Shown here in pieces: positions 49,246-58,690 of a stretch of DNA of 64,000 nucleotides. The stretch covers positions 4,024 through 68,023 of the forward strand of contig JAPLYT010000003.1 of the NCBI GenBank assembly GCA_026395435.1, given 5' to 3'. Below the pieces are notes generated by a model that worked only from the letters and a program-made list of their open reading frames with translations, made no database searches and was not told the DNA's origin. Source of the DNA: Candidatus Saccharimonadota bacterium. Its GTDB lineage: Bacteria; Patescibacteriota; Saccharimonadia; Saccharimonadales; AWTP1-31. Position numbers and translations under genes: made by a program. How positions within the stretch are numbered: the first letter of the stretch is position 1; each line of letters begins with the position of its first letter.

Positions 49246-49485
49246 ATGGCAAAAAAATCCACTGCAAAAAAACCAGTCAAAAAGACCGTTAAAACAGTTT
49301 CTAACAGCGGTTCAGCATCATTGCTTTCTGCAACAGCAATCTTATTCGCGGGCACATCAGTCGTTCTTATTGGCATGATACAAGACGCTGATCACATAAC
49401 GCTCCTTATGGTCGGATTTGGCGCTGCCCTTCTAGTCATCGGCGGTGCACTCCTCGGATCTGCCGCAAGAACTACTAAAAAATAA
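49246..49485 (+). CDS. Small two-TM membrane protein with Lys-rich N-terminus
   Basis: Likely start MAKKST with AGGGG RBS and TGGTATACT upstream. Confidence 0.7.
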   Translation: MAKKSTAKKPVKKTVKTVSNSGSASLLSATAILFAGTSVVLIGMIQDADHITLLMVGFGAALLVIGGALLGSAARTTKK

Positions 49486-49506
49486 TACAGGGACTACACT
49501 CGTCTC

Positions 49507-51225
49507 ATGCATAATTTCTTCACTGAAATAAGTACCATTATTGCGCTCGGTGCAGCTATTGCACTTATCATGCGTGCCTTAAAACAGCCTTTGATCATTG
49601 GTCATATCATCACAGGACTCATTGCAGGGCCCTCTTTCCTGAATATTATTCACTCCGATGCTGCCTTTAGTGGAATTAGTGATATGGGCGTTGCGCTTCT
49701 ACTCTTTATAATTGGGCTCGACCTGAGTATCCGTGCTTTTTCTCGCGTGGGCAAAGCTGTTTTCATTACAACCTCTGTCCAGGTATCGGTTATCTCACTT
49801 ATCGGATATGGCACGTCACATGCTCTGGGATTTGGAAGACTAGAATCGGCAATTCTTGGGCTGGGGCTGGCTTTGAGCAGTACGATTATTATCGTTAAAC
49901 TTCTGAACGACAAAAAAGAGACATCTCGCCTCTACGCCCAAATCACCATTGGAGTTCTGTTGCTTCAGGATGTCATCGCCACACTTGCAAAAATCGGCCT
50001 CGATGCACGCCAAAAAAATGGTGGTTCAATCAGCACCCTGCTTCTCCTCGGAGCAAAAGGGATTATTCTCGTCGGACTTATCTTCGTGCTTGTTAAATTT
50101 GTTATTCCTCGACTAACGATTACGTTGGAGCAAAATAAGGAGCTACTCCTTATATTTTCCCTTGGCTGGGGCCTTGGCTTTGCGCTATTGTTCGCTAAAG
50201 CTGGCTACTCAATTGAGATTGGATCACTTTTGGCTGGTGTAAGTCTGGCAAGTCTTCCATTTAGTAGCGAGATGGCTTCTCGTCTCAAACCTCTGCGCGA
50301 TTTCTTTTTGGTTATATTTTTCATTACCCTTGGGCAATCCATCATCCCGGGCAAACTTGGATCCGTCATAGTACCGGCAGTTATCTTGAGTCTGATCGTC
50401 ATGATCATCAAACCAATTATTATTATGATGAGTCTTGGTGGACTAGGGTATACAAAACGAGCAAGCTTTAAATCGGCAATTGCGATGAGCCAAGTAAGTG
50501 AATTCTCACTTGTTTTTGCAGCAGCTGCATTTGCATCTGGGCTGGTGAGCGCCAAAGTAACTGCAACGCTCACGCTCACCGCGCTCATCACATTTGCAAT
50601 TTCTACATACCTTATAAAGTACGATAATGCCCTTTACTCACTTTTCGAATATCGCTTGCGGATGTTTGAACGCAGAGTCACGAAACTAGAGCAAAAAGAC
50701 GGTATGCAACATTTCCCTATTGTCCTATTTGGCTATCGAAAAGGTGGTCATGAATTTATCAAAACCTTCAAAAAAATGGGAAAGAAATTCATCGTGGTCG
50801 ATTATGACCCAGAAAATATCGAGTCTCTGGAACGACAAGCAATTCATCATTTGTATGGAGACGTAACCGATCCTGAACTACTTGATGAATTAAATCTCCA
50901 AAAATCAAAATTAGTCGTGTCGACCATTGGCGATGCCGAAACAAATAAATTCTTAGCGCACTGGCTTGGCAACAATAACCCAAGCGCCGTATTTGTCTGT
51001 TCAGCTGAACGAGTTGAAGTTGCCAGCGAACTATACGAAGAAGGTGCCGCCTATGTCATGATGCCGCACTATATAGGAAGTGAAAAAATCAGCACCTTTA
51101 TCCGCAAGAACGGTTTCAATAAAGCCGAGTTCAAACGCTTCCGTGACAAGCATTTATTATCTCTCGAAACACACGTAAAACAGATCACCGAAGCATCCTT
51201 GGAATCAGACGCTACAGATTCGTGA
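49507..51225 (+). CDS. Cation:proton antiporter (CPA2/Kef-type) with TrkA-N domain
   Basis: LKQPLIIG, LLFIIGL, LSSTII, LQD, PLRDFF, SQVSEFS; C-terminal FGY..GG, VVDYDP, YGD. Confidence 0.9.
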   Translation: MHNFFTEISTIIALGAAIALIMRALKQPLIIGHIITGLIAGPSFLNIIHSDAAFSGISDMGVALLLFIIGLDLSIRAFSRVGKAVFITTSVQVSVISLIGYGTSHALGFGRLESAILGLGLALSSTIIIVKLLNDKKETSRLYAQITIGVLLLQDVIATLAKIGLDARQKNGGSISTLLLLGAKGIILVGLIFVLVKFVIPRLTITLEQNKELLLIFSLGWGLGFALLFAKAGYSIEIGSLLAGVSLASLPFSSEMASRLKPLRDFFLVIFFITLGQSIIPGKLGSVIVPAVILSLIVMIIKPIIIMMSLGGLGYTKRASFKSAIAMSQVSEFSLVFAAAAFASGLVSAKVTATLTLTALITFAISTYLIKYDNALYSLFEYRLRMFERRVTKLEQKDGMQHFPIVLFGYRKGGHEFIKTFKKMGKKFIVVDYDPENIESLERQAIHHLYGDVTDPELLDELNLQKSKLVVSTIGDAETNKFLAHWLGNNNPSAVFVCSAERVEVASELYEEGAAYVMMPHYIGSEKISTFIRKNGFNKAEFKRFRDKHLLSLETHVKQITEASLESDATDS

Positions 51226-51817
51226 CGTCATGATACAGCCAGTTCTTTTTGGCGTAATTTTGGACGCTTGCCGTTACGGCAGGGCTTGAATCTCCAGCTC
51301 GAAGTGCCGAGCGAATCGTACTCGACGATGCTCCTGAAAGTTCACTATGAATGATAGTAGTGGCTAAGGGTTGTACGGGTAATACTGTAAGTAGATTGGT
51401 TACAACTTCCTCATCGGAATTACTACGGACTCCAATAGCCAGCTCGACGTGACGGAGCATGTAATCGACATGATTCCATGTATGTAAATGTTCGACCATG
51501 TCCGATCCCATTAACAGCACAAGTTCAGTACCTGGAAATTTCTGCTGCAATTTTGAAATCGTCGACTTAGGAGTAAAAAAACGTGCAGTCAGATCGAGGA
51601 CATGAAGACGCGGCTGTGACCTTGTAGCGAGGTCCAACATACTTACTCGATGGGAAATATGACTCACATTGGGCTTTCGGCGTGGCTTAGTCTCGGGGGC
51701 AAAATATACCGCATCAAGTTTCGCTTGTTCAATTGCTGATAATGCAAAAGCTATATGACCTTTATGTACCGGGTCGAAACTTCCGCTAAAGATGCCGATT
51801 CTCTTTGGCTTAGACAT
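51212..51817 (-). CDS. nadD: Nicotinate-nucleotide adenylyltransferase-like protein
   Basis: IGIFSGSFDPVHKGH, LLMGSD, SSSTIR; likely start MSKPKR. Confidence 0.8.
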   Translation of the reverse strand: MSKPKRIGIFSGSFDPVHKGHIAFALSAIEQAKLDAVYFAPETKPRRKPNVSHISHRVSMLDLATRSQPRLHVLDLTARFFTPKSTISKLQQKFPGTELVLLMGSDMVEHLHTWNHVDYMLRHVELAIGVRSNSDEEVVTNLLTVLPVQPLATTIIHSELSGASSSTIRSALRAGDSSPAVTASVQNYAKKNWLYHDVTNL

Positions 51818-51977
51818 CTGCCGGAGCACCTTCACAACATTTGGTCGGCATAAAGCACGCAGGGCATACAAAATGCCCATGCATTGGAATAATTGGGTAA
51901 TGGCCGCAATTATCACAGAAAAGCTCTGGAGACTTCTCTTTGATCATTTCCTGATAGGGGTCGTAGCTGTCAGTCAT
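51810..51977 (-). CDS. Small Cys-rich Zn-ribbon protein, 55 aa
   Basis: CDNC...HGH..CPAC...CCEG; TAAACT 7 nt before ATG; overlaps the nadD start by 8 nt. Confidence 0.7.
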   Translation of the reverse strand: MTDSYDPYQEMIKEKSPELFCDNCGHYPIIPMHGHFVCPACFMPTKCCEGAPADV

Positions 51978-51990
51978 AATTAGTAGTTTA

Positions 51991-53481
51991 TCATTCGGCG
52001 AGTGCATACTCTGAATTTACTTGAGGTTTGAGATCACGTTTTTTGTTCTCTCGGCGTTTTGCTCTACCGCCATCACCTATTGAAACTACCTTGCCGTTAA
52101 CTACCGCGGCTTTGCAATCCCAACAAGACAATTTTGTTGCGCATGGATCACCAAATACTTTGGCTGCGCAGTATGGGCAATTCATCCACTTCTTCTCGGA
52201 CTGTGCCCCACTCCCGGAGTCTTCGCCAGAGGATGGGTCGGAGTTAGCATTTCTGAAAAATGGGCACGAGCTTGACGTGGCTGTTTGCTTAGCCTGAAGT
52301 GCAGACTGGGACGCCAAATAATATTCACCTCTCGCCATAAAATCTCGAGCTTGTTGAATATGAAACGCTGCTTCAGCACCGAAAACTGCAACATCAATTG
52401 ATTTGTCTTCGATACCTTTGTCTACGCAATACCGTTCTGATAATTCATCTAGTCTTTTGATGGCGTCAATAGGATTCTTAAATCCGGCGGCCTCATGTAA
52501 AAGTTGATTGGTAATAGATTCGACCATCGGCATGAACTGTGCATCGCGCTGATGACAGATTTCAGCGTAAGCTAGGTAATCTTGAGATGGGGCATCCTGA
52601 CCATAAAATGTGCCTCCAGCTTTTTGATCATAGCGCCGTATGATATCACTCATTCCATTTGGGATTTCTGATTTTGGTACTAACATAATGAATTGCAACA
52701 TATCGTCACTGTCTGATGGGAGAAGATCTATATCTTCATCGCTTGCGAGGGCTTTAATCGTAGCTTCATCATGCCTAATCCCATGTGGAGTTTTCTTGCC
52801 TGCTACCATGGCAGTCTCTAAGATTGCAGAACTTCCATCAGCACGAAGCATCTGGATAGAACAGCTGGCCGTATCGGCATAGAATCCGTAATCTCGTAGA
52901 GTAGCCTCGTCTTTTGGCGCGCATGAAAAAACGAGGGCTGCGTGGGTCTGTAGCACACCTGCTTCGTGCAGTTCCTCGAACATGTACGCATTACGTAGCT
53001 CGTGCTCAGAACGTTTCCGCATGACTGAATTTAGTGTCATATTTTCAAATGTATTTCGATGTATATCGATAAGATGGCGATTATTTTGAATGAGCTTGCC
53101 CTGCTCGAATTGCAAAGCAACTTTTGACTGATGTGCGACTTTATACAATCGTTCACTCACATCAGTCATTACATTGGTTTTGACCATCGATAATGAATGA
53201 GCGTCACCGTGACGCGCAGATTGTATCCCGGCAAGGAGTGTCGTATCGCTGACATGTTCAGGAACGTGCGATACTTCTACCTGTCCACGCATAGACAATG
53301 AACCAAGGAATTTGGTGGCCTTAGCGGAAGCACTCGACCATAGCTCCGGGAATTCGTGAGATGCCAACATCCATGAATCATCAGTTTTTTCTATTATGTC
53401 TTGTGATTGGGTGAGTTCTGACTCCCAAAGATCAAAATCTAGTGGACTGCATTGGACGTACGATTCGGCTAGCGCGGCCAT
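51991..53481 (-). CDS. Hypothetical protein with C-terminal Zn-ribbon
   Basis: 496 aa; SCP and CPYC...C...CWDC near the C-terminus. Confidence 0.75.
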   Translation of the reverse strand: MAALAESYVQCSPLDFDLWESELTQSQDIIEKTDDSWMLASHEFPELWSSASAKATKFLGSLSMRGQVEVSHVPEHVSDTTLLAGIQSARHGDAHSLSMVKTNVMTDVSERLYKVAHQSKVALQFEQGKLIQNNRHLIDIHRNTFENMTLNSVMRKRSEHELRNAYMFEELHEAGVLQTHAALVFSCAPKDEATLRDYGFYADTASCSIQMLRADGSSAILETAMVAGKKTPHGIRHDEATIKALASDEDIDLLPSDSDDMLQFIMLVPKSEIPNGMSDIIRRYDQKAGGTFYGQDAPSQDYLAYAEICHQRDAQFMPMVESITNQLLHEAAGFKNPIDAIKRLDELSERYCVDKGIEDKSIDVAVFGAEAAFHIQQARDFMARGEYYLASQSALQAKQTATSSSCPFFRNANSDPSSGEDSGSGAQSEKKWMNCPYCAAKVFGDPCATKLSCWDCKAAVVNGKVVSIGDGGRAKRRENKKRDLKPQVNSEYALAE

Positions 53482-53483
53482 AT

Positions 53484-53516
53484 AAAAATACCCTCATTCT
53501 CGCGGCAGAAGAGGGT
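53484..53516 (-). terminator. Expression-platform hairpin (terminator / RBS-sequestering)
   Basis: ACCCTC...GAGGGT stem followed by ATTTTT, just upstream of ATG 53481; the stem contains the GAGGG RBS. Confidence 0.6.
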
Positions 53517-53529
53517 CTCAAATAGACGT

Positions 53530-53662
53530 TTGCTCCTGCACGGGAGGCTTAATGCTAGATCGGACTTGTCCATATTCATAATGGCTTACCGTTGCGGCAC
53601 AGCACAGGAATCTCACCTGTTTCCAGCGTTTTTATTGTAAAGCTTGGATGATTCCAAGTTCA
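53530..53662 (-). ncRNA. Cobalamin riboswitch-like RNA (short, class II / AdoCbl-variant type)
   Basis: GCTGG-AA-ACAGG-TGAGATT-CCTGT-GCTGT-GCCGCA-ACGGT-AA...AAGTCCGAT-CTAGC corresponds to P3, P4 with T-loop, P5 and the B12 box; downstream CTCC-CGTGCA-GGAG P13-like hairpin. Confidence 0.75.
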
Positions 53663-53776
53663 ATATTAGTAGTCTAGCACATCATGCTCACGCTATATGT
53701 AGTATTTTTATCTTCAACCAACAAAGCATAAAAATGCTTTTGTTTATGTTAATCAATACGCGCTAAACTAGTACTC

Positions 53777-54943
53777 ATGACACCAGAAGCACATCCCACT
53801 CGAGAAGCGCATATCACCGATGCGGACCTTCACTCTACAATGATTTCTGAAATGGTTTACGATGAGTTGGTTCGCCAAGCTTCAGGCCATACGAGTCGTG
53901 CTTCTCGATTTGTTCCGCTAGAATTTAACCCTCGCGATATGTATCGAAATCCTAATGAAGGTAATCCGGGACAGCTACTGGCTGATTATTGCATCACTCC
54001 AGATGCAATCGATGGCATTGAAGATTTTATACACGCTGCTGCGGAAACTTTTTTGCCAGGATTTTCGGGTATGGTCGAGAAATTTCGAGACGCCGAGCAT
54101 GAGCCCCTGCTTGATTCATTAATAGAAAAGCTTGATGCTAACGAGAATGTTTTAATAGCTACTAATCATGGCGAGATCTATGATATTGCGATCATCTTAT
54201 CAGCTATCCGAGTCGCTCTTGCCGGCCATCTAGCTAAACAGGGACGTGAGCCCATCGAATCAGACAGGTTCAATATTATTGTTCATCGAATGATTAGCCA
54301 GCTTGGCGTAGCCGACGACCATGACCCTAGCAAGATTGCACCGGCATTGAGTGTCCTGAAACTCGTTGGGGAAATTTACTTAAGTTTTCCAAATACCGAA
54401 ACATCTAAAAAAGCCCGCCTTCCACCAGGATTGTCCAAATATTGTAATAAGCAAATGCTCTCTGCCCTATCCCTAAAATTAAGCATGGGAGGGCAAATAT
54501 TGGCAATTGCTCCGAGTGGTAGCAAAGATGAATCGGTTCGTGATCGTCTCGGAAAGCCTCGTAAAGTAATCAAGCCGGTAAACAGTGGTACGTTTGCGCT
54601 CATGCAGGCAGACAAAACGTGGGTACTGGGCGTAGGCGTTTCCCTCGATCAAAAAAATGGTCCATCATTTTCGGTCTCAGATCTGAAACAATGTAAGAAT
54701 GATGATGACTGTCGTGAAGTTCTTAATTCGATCGCTGCCCATCATTCAAAACTCACTGGAATAAAAACTGTTTTTGCTGAGCGCCAATCCGATATGGAAC
54801 GATTACGGGAAGAAGCAGCAGAAGTCATCCAGACGACTTCTGAAAAATCTCATATATCTCCTGAGACATTAGTAAAGGTTGGCGTTGCGGCCACCGCCCT
54901 TACTGTTGGTTTCTTACTAGGAAGACGATCAAAAAAGCGCTAG
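53777..54943 (+). CDS. PlsC/GPAT-like acyltransferase-fold protein with C-terminal membrane anchor
   Basis: ATNHGEIYD (HxxxxD) and IAPSGS (FPEGT-like block); C-terminal hydrophobic segment followed by GRRSKKR. Confidence 0.55.
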   Translation: MTPEAHPTREAHITDADLHSTMISEMVYDELVRQASGHTSRASRFVPLEFNPRDMYRNPNEGNPGQLLADYCITPDAIDGIEDFIHAAAETFLPGFSGMVEKFRDAEHEPLLDSLIEKLDANENVLIATNHGEIYDIAIILSAIRVALAGHLAKQGREPIESDRFNIIVHRMISQLGVADDHDPSKIAPALSVLKLVGEIYLSFPNTETSKKARLPPGLSKYCNKQMLSALSLKLSMGGQILAIAPSGSKDESVRDRLGKPRKVIKPVNSGTFALMQADKTWVLGVGVSLDQKNGPSFSVSDLKQCKNDDDCREVLNSIAAHHSKLTGIKTVFAERQSDMERLREEAAEVIQTTSEKSHISPETLVKVGVAATALTVGFLLGRRSKKR

Positions 54944-55738
54944 AGATACCAGGATTAATAAACCGAGCGAAATTCGATAGTAGGCAAAGATTTTAAAATC
55001 ATGATGTGCTACGTATTTGAGTAGCCATTTTACGACGACGAGGGCACTGAAAAAGGCGGCAATTGTACCAACAATCAACGCAGACGATCCGCCTGAAATC
55101 TGAGATAACTTGTCTCCATCTTTAATAAGCTTGTAGCCACTAGCAAGAATTAAGATCGGTAGGCTTAGGTAAAAAGAAAATGCAGTGGCTGTGGACCTGT
55201 CGATGCCGCTCATGAGTCCTCCCATGATAGTTGCGCCTGAACGTGACACCCCAGGGATTAAAGATAAAATTTGGTACATTCCAACCTGCAACGATTGTTT
55301 TATCGTCAGTGAATCAAGATCTGGCTGTACTGGCTTGATTCGGCGACTTGCAACATGATTTTCGACTGCCAAAATTGCAAAACCTCCGAGTATCAAGGCG
55401 CAGGCTACTATAGGCAGCGTTGCTAATGTGCTGAATTTTTTATCGAGTGCTAGCCCAAAAAGTCCTGCAGGTATGGTGGCAATAATCCAATTTTTCCAAA
55501 ATGAAATAGCTTTTTTATCCCTTTTGAAAAGCGCAAGCGTACGCCCCAAAAGGTCATCGCGATAATACAAAATTATCGCACCAATTGCGCCAACCTGAAT
55601 CACAACCGTGAATAACTCAGCAGCATCTTTATAGCCGATAAGATTCTCCGCTACGAGTAAATGTCCGGTACTCGAAATTGGTAAAAATTCAGTAAGTCCT
55701 TCGATGATACCGAGTAGAAGTGCGTGTAATAAAGCCAT
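54929..55738 (-). CDS. uppP: Undecaprenyl-diphosphate phosphatase (BacA)
   Basis: GIIEGLTEFLPISSTGHL, IQVGA, PGVSRSGATI, FAYYR. Confidence 0.95.
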   Translation of the reverse strand: MALLHALLLGIIEGLTEFLPISSTGHLLVAENLIGYKDAAELFTVVIQVGAIGAIILYYRDDLLGRTLALFKRDKKAISFWKNWIIATIPAGLFGLALDKKFSTLATLPIVACALILGGFAILAVENHVASRRIKPVQPDLDSLTIKQSLQVGMYQILSLIPGVSRSGATIMGGLMSGIDRSTATAFSFYLSLPILILASGYKLIKDGDKLSQISGGSSALIVGTIAAFFSALVVVKWLLKYVAHHDFKIFAYYRISLGLLILVSLALF

Positions 55739-55834
55739 CACTTAAGTGTAAAGTAGAAAGTTAAAAGTAGAAAGTTAACATTACTAGAGGTTTCTCCTCT
55801 AACAGATGGAAGAAATGTGAATTACGATTTCTGG

Positions 55835-56308
55835 TTATTTATTGTGTTTCTTTTTGAGGTCGCTCAGGCGAGTAATAAATGATTGAGCAGCACCTTCGAG
55901 TTCTAACACTCGAAGAGCTCCAACCACGACGTACAGTTCGTCCATTTGCTGCTCCGATGGCTTGGCAACCTGTTCGGCGGCTTTGAACATTCCCTCAATT
56001 CGTTTTACTAACCATTTCTCTTGAGCGGCGGTAACTTGATTTGTGGTTATGGGTTTTATTTCAGCAGTATTGATAACCTCAATTGATCGCGCAGAGTGGT
56101 CACGTTTACGCAGATGTCCTCTTGAAATCAAGCTGTTAACATGAAGCGAGATTGTCGCAACAGATGTGTAGTTGAGTCCGTTCATGATTTCACGGTAGCT
56201 TGGACTATAGCCGTGTTCAGCGATAAAATTTTGAATATAGGTCAAGATCTCGCGTTGTTTTTTGGTGGGTCGAATGGCTGCAGGGCTATCTTCTTTTACT
56301 TGTTTCAT
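55835..56308 (-). CDS. LexA-type DNA-binding domain protein lacking the S24 peptidase domain
   Basis: TKKQREIL.YI..FI.EHGYSPSYREI...S.ATI..H...L..RG.L....ARSIE; unrelated helical C-terminus. Confidence 0.78.
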   Translation of the reverse strand: MKQVKEDSPAAIRPTKKQREILTYIQNFIAEHGYSPSYREIMNGLNYTSVATISLHVNSLISRGHLRKRDHSARSIEVINTAEIKPITTNQVTAAQEKWLVKRIEGMFKAAEQVAKPSEQQMDELYVVVGALRVLELEGAAQSFITRLSDLKKKHNK

Positions 56309-56325
56309 TTGCTATATTCTCATAC

Positions 56326-56757
56326 TTAGGTTGTTGAATGACGTATGTGGTGGTGGGTATGCGACGGGAATACCCAATACTTGTACCAGAGGTAATTCCA
56401 GATTGTAAAGAAACCTGCTGAAATAAACTGTCCTACATAAGGGGTCAAGCCTGCTTGTTTGAGACTCCATATAATAAGGTAATCTACTAAAAAGTTCACC
56501 AGCGTGATAACAATGTAGCGTCGACTCACTTCAGTTTGATGCTTGGCTAGACTTTTACTATTGAAAACCCAATATCGCTGAAGCATGTAGTTCACGAGCC
56601 AACCACAGACATTGGCGAGTAGTTTAGCCCACCATAAATTCAGATGGAATATCTGGTCGCCAATAGCAAAAACAGCATATCCGGTCCAAAAGTAGGCACC
56701 GCCACTCACTAAATATTCGGCGATTCTAACGGCTTCTCTTCTTTGTTTTCGTTTCAT
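56326..56757 (-). CDS. GtrA-family flippase
   Basis: Four TM helices; YL.SGG, NY.LQRYWVF, NYLWYKYWVF. Confidence 0.85.
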   Translation of the reverse strand: MKRKQRREAVRIAEYLVSGGAYFWTGYAVFAIGDQIFHLNLWWAKLLANVCGWLVNYMLQRYWVFNSKSLAKHQTEVSRRYIVITLVNFLVDYLIIWSLKQAGLTPYVGQFISAGFFTIWNYLWYKYWVFPSHTHHHIRHSTT

Positions 56758-56892
56758 AATTTCATGGATGTTTACTTTTTAATGCTACTGTTTATTATTA
56801 TACGCTAGATGTAGGGTAATGGCATATCATGACCACGATAATCACCGTTTTAATCTGTTGCATGGTCATTCTTATGCTATAATTGACCGCAT

Positions 56893-58608
56893 ATGTCTGA
56901 ACACGATATACCTCACAATCGCCCAAAAAGACGCCCTATTGATTCTATTGATGGCATCATGCCAAACCGCAAAAATGCTATTCTTTCACCGCAGTATTAC
57001 AAACAAAGTACCCAGCGAACGCCTGGCCAAAGAAGAAGTCTAGGAGTTCAACCTGGGCGCAAACGGCCTCACATGGAAGGTTTTACTCCCGCAGAAACCG
57101 CAGTTGAAGAAAAACAACCAACAATTGGTGATTTCGAATCCGTAGACCTGACTGAATTTGGCGACACTCCTCTCGACCTTCCATCAAAAGATACCAAAAA
57201 AACCAAAAAAGCTCCTGGCCGTATTCGGAAGTGGTGGAAAAACCGATCACGAAAGTTCAAGATTTTGTTTTTCTTGGTGATTTTTGCCTTAGTTGGAGGA
57301 GGACTCTTAGGCGTTCGTCTGTATTCGTTCTTGCACTCCGTGTTTGCGAAGAACGTTGGTAACAGTAGCTCGGTAGCGCTCGGCAAGAAAACTGATCCAA
57401 ATCAACTCAATACCGAGGGCGATGGACGACTTAATATTTTACTTCTTGGACGCGGTGGCGTCGAAAATGAAGCTCCTGACCTAACTGACACCATGCTTAT
57501 TGCTAGTGTTGACCTACAGAATCAAACAGCATCCCTTCTCAGTGTCCCGCGAGATATGTGGGTAAGCGTCAATGGGTCAAATATGAAAATTAATGCTGCC
57601 TACAGTACGGGCAAAGAGCTTGCAACATACAAAGGTGCTAAAGCAGACGCAGCCGAAGATGCAGGAATCAAAACCGCTATTACCGCGATGCGAAATGTCT
57701 CCGGTGTTCCGATCCATAAATATGTCTTAACAGACTATGTCGCTTTTAGAGATGTTGTGGATGCTCTTGGTGGCGTCGATGTGAATGTACCTGAACGTAT
57801 TTACGATGGATTTACCGGCTGGTCGTTTAAGGCCGGAAACCAGACGATGGATGGCGATTTAGCACTGCAATATGCTCGCACAAGACATGGTACAGCCCGA
57901 GGTGACTTTGATCGAAACGAACATCAACGTCAGCTCCTCGTTGCTATGAAAGACAAAGCGACATCCACGGGAATTGTCGCCAACCCGGTACGCCTCAACA
58001 GCTTGGCAAATGCCGTTCAGAAAAACATCCGTACCGATCTTTCCCTCGATGAAGCCAAAACCTTATTCAGTAAGACCAAAACCCTAACCGATGCGAATAT
58101 CAAATCACTTGACCTCGCAAAACCAGATGGACCACTGATCATGACAGGAAATATCGATGGAATTTCAGTTGTCCACCCTGTTGCTGGCTATTATGATTAC
58201 ACCAAAATCAGATACTATGCTCGAAGCAACATGATCGATCCATATATCAAAAAAGAAGCGCCTACCGTAGCTGTATACAATGGTTCAGGTAAATCTGGAG
58301 CTGCGACAATCGTTGGGGATATACTCTCCGGATACGGCTACAAAGTACTCATCAAAGAAACCAGCAAAGAAACACAAAACCAAACGCTTGTCGTTAAAAT
58401 GAATAAAGTTGATCAAATATTTACCGATCGTCTCCTCTCTGTCCGGTTCGGTGTATCGATTACTAAGTCACTTCCAACTGGTGTAATGCCTCCGAAAGAA
58501 CCAGCCCCGGCCAGTACTTCCACGACCCCAGCCAAAGCCGATCCAACGCCAGACTACGTCATAGTACTCGGTGTCGACTACGAACAGAAAAACGGCCCTA
58601 CTTGGTAG
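56893..58608 (+). CDS. LCP (LytR-CpsA-Psr) family glycopolymer transferase with C-terminal LytR_C-like domain
   Basis: LNILLLG, LTDTML, LSVPRD, KINAAY, VDALGGVDV, ALQYARTR, DFDRNEHQRQ; VAVYNGSG...YVIVLG.D. Confidence 0.9.
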   Translation: MSEHDIPHNRPKRRPIDSIDGIMPNRKNAILSPQYYKQSTQRTPGQRRSLGVQPGRKRPHMEGFTPAETAVEEKQPTIGDFESVDLTEFGDTPLDLPSKDTKKTKKAPGRIRKWWKNRSRKFKILFFLVIFALVGGGLLGVRLYSFLHSVFAKNVGNSSSVALGKKTDPNQLNTEGDGRLNILLLGRGGVENEAPDLTDTMLIASVDLQNQTASLLSVPRDMWVSVNGSNMKINAAYSTGKELATYKGAKADAAEDAGIKTAITAMRNVSGVPIHKYVLTDYVAFRDVVDALGGVDVNVPERIYDGFTGWSFKAGNQTMDGDLALQYARTRHGTARGDFDRNEHQRQLLVAMKDKATSTGIVANPVRLNSLANAVQKNIRTDLSLDEAKTLFSKTKTLTDANIKSLDLAKPDGPLIMTGNIDGISVVHPVAGYYDYTKIRYYARSNMIDPYIKKEAPTVAVYNGSGKSGAATIVGDILSGYGYKVLIKETSKETQNQTLVVKMNKVDQIFTDRLLSVRFGVSITKSLPTGVMPPKEPAPASTSTTPAKADPTPDYVIVLGVDYEQKNGPTW

Positions 58609-58611
58609 GTC

Positions 58612-58667
58612 ATAGGAGGGGATGACTTCCCCTCCTATCGCGCCAACAAAATGATACATTTTGTTGG
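58612..58667. terminator. Two hairpins between the convergent LCP and asparaginase genes
   Basis: ATAGGAGGGGA/TCCCCTCCTAT and CCAACAAAATG/CATTTTGTTGG perfect stems. Confidence 0.6.
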
Positions 58668-58690
58668 GCTTTTCTCCCCTCAATTTTTAT

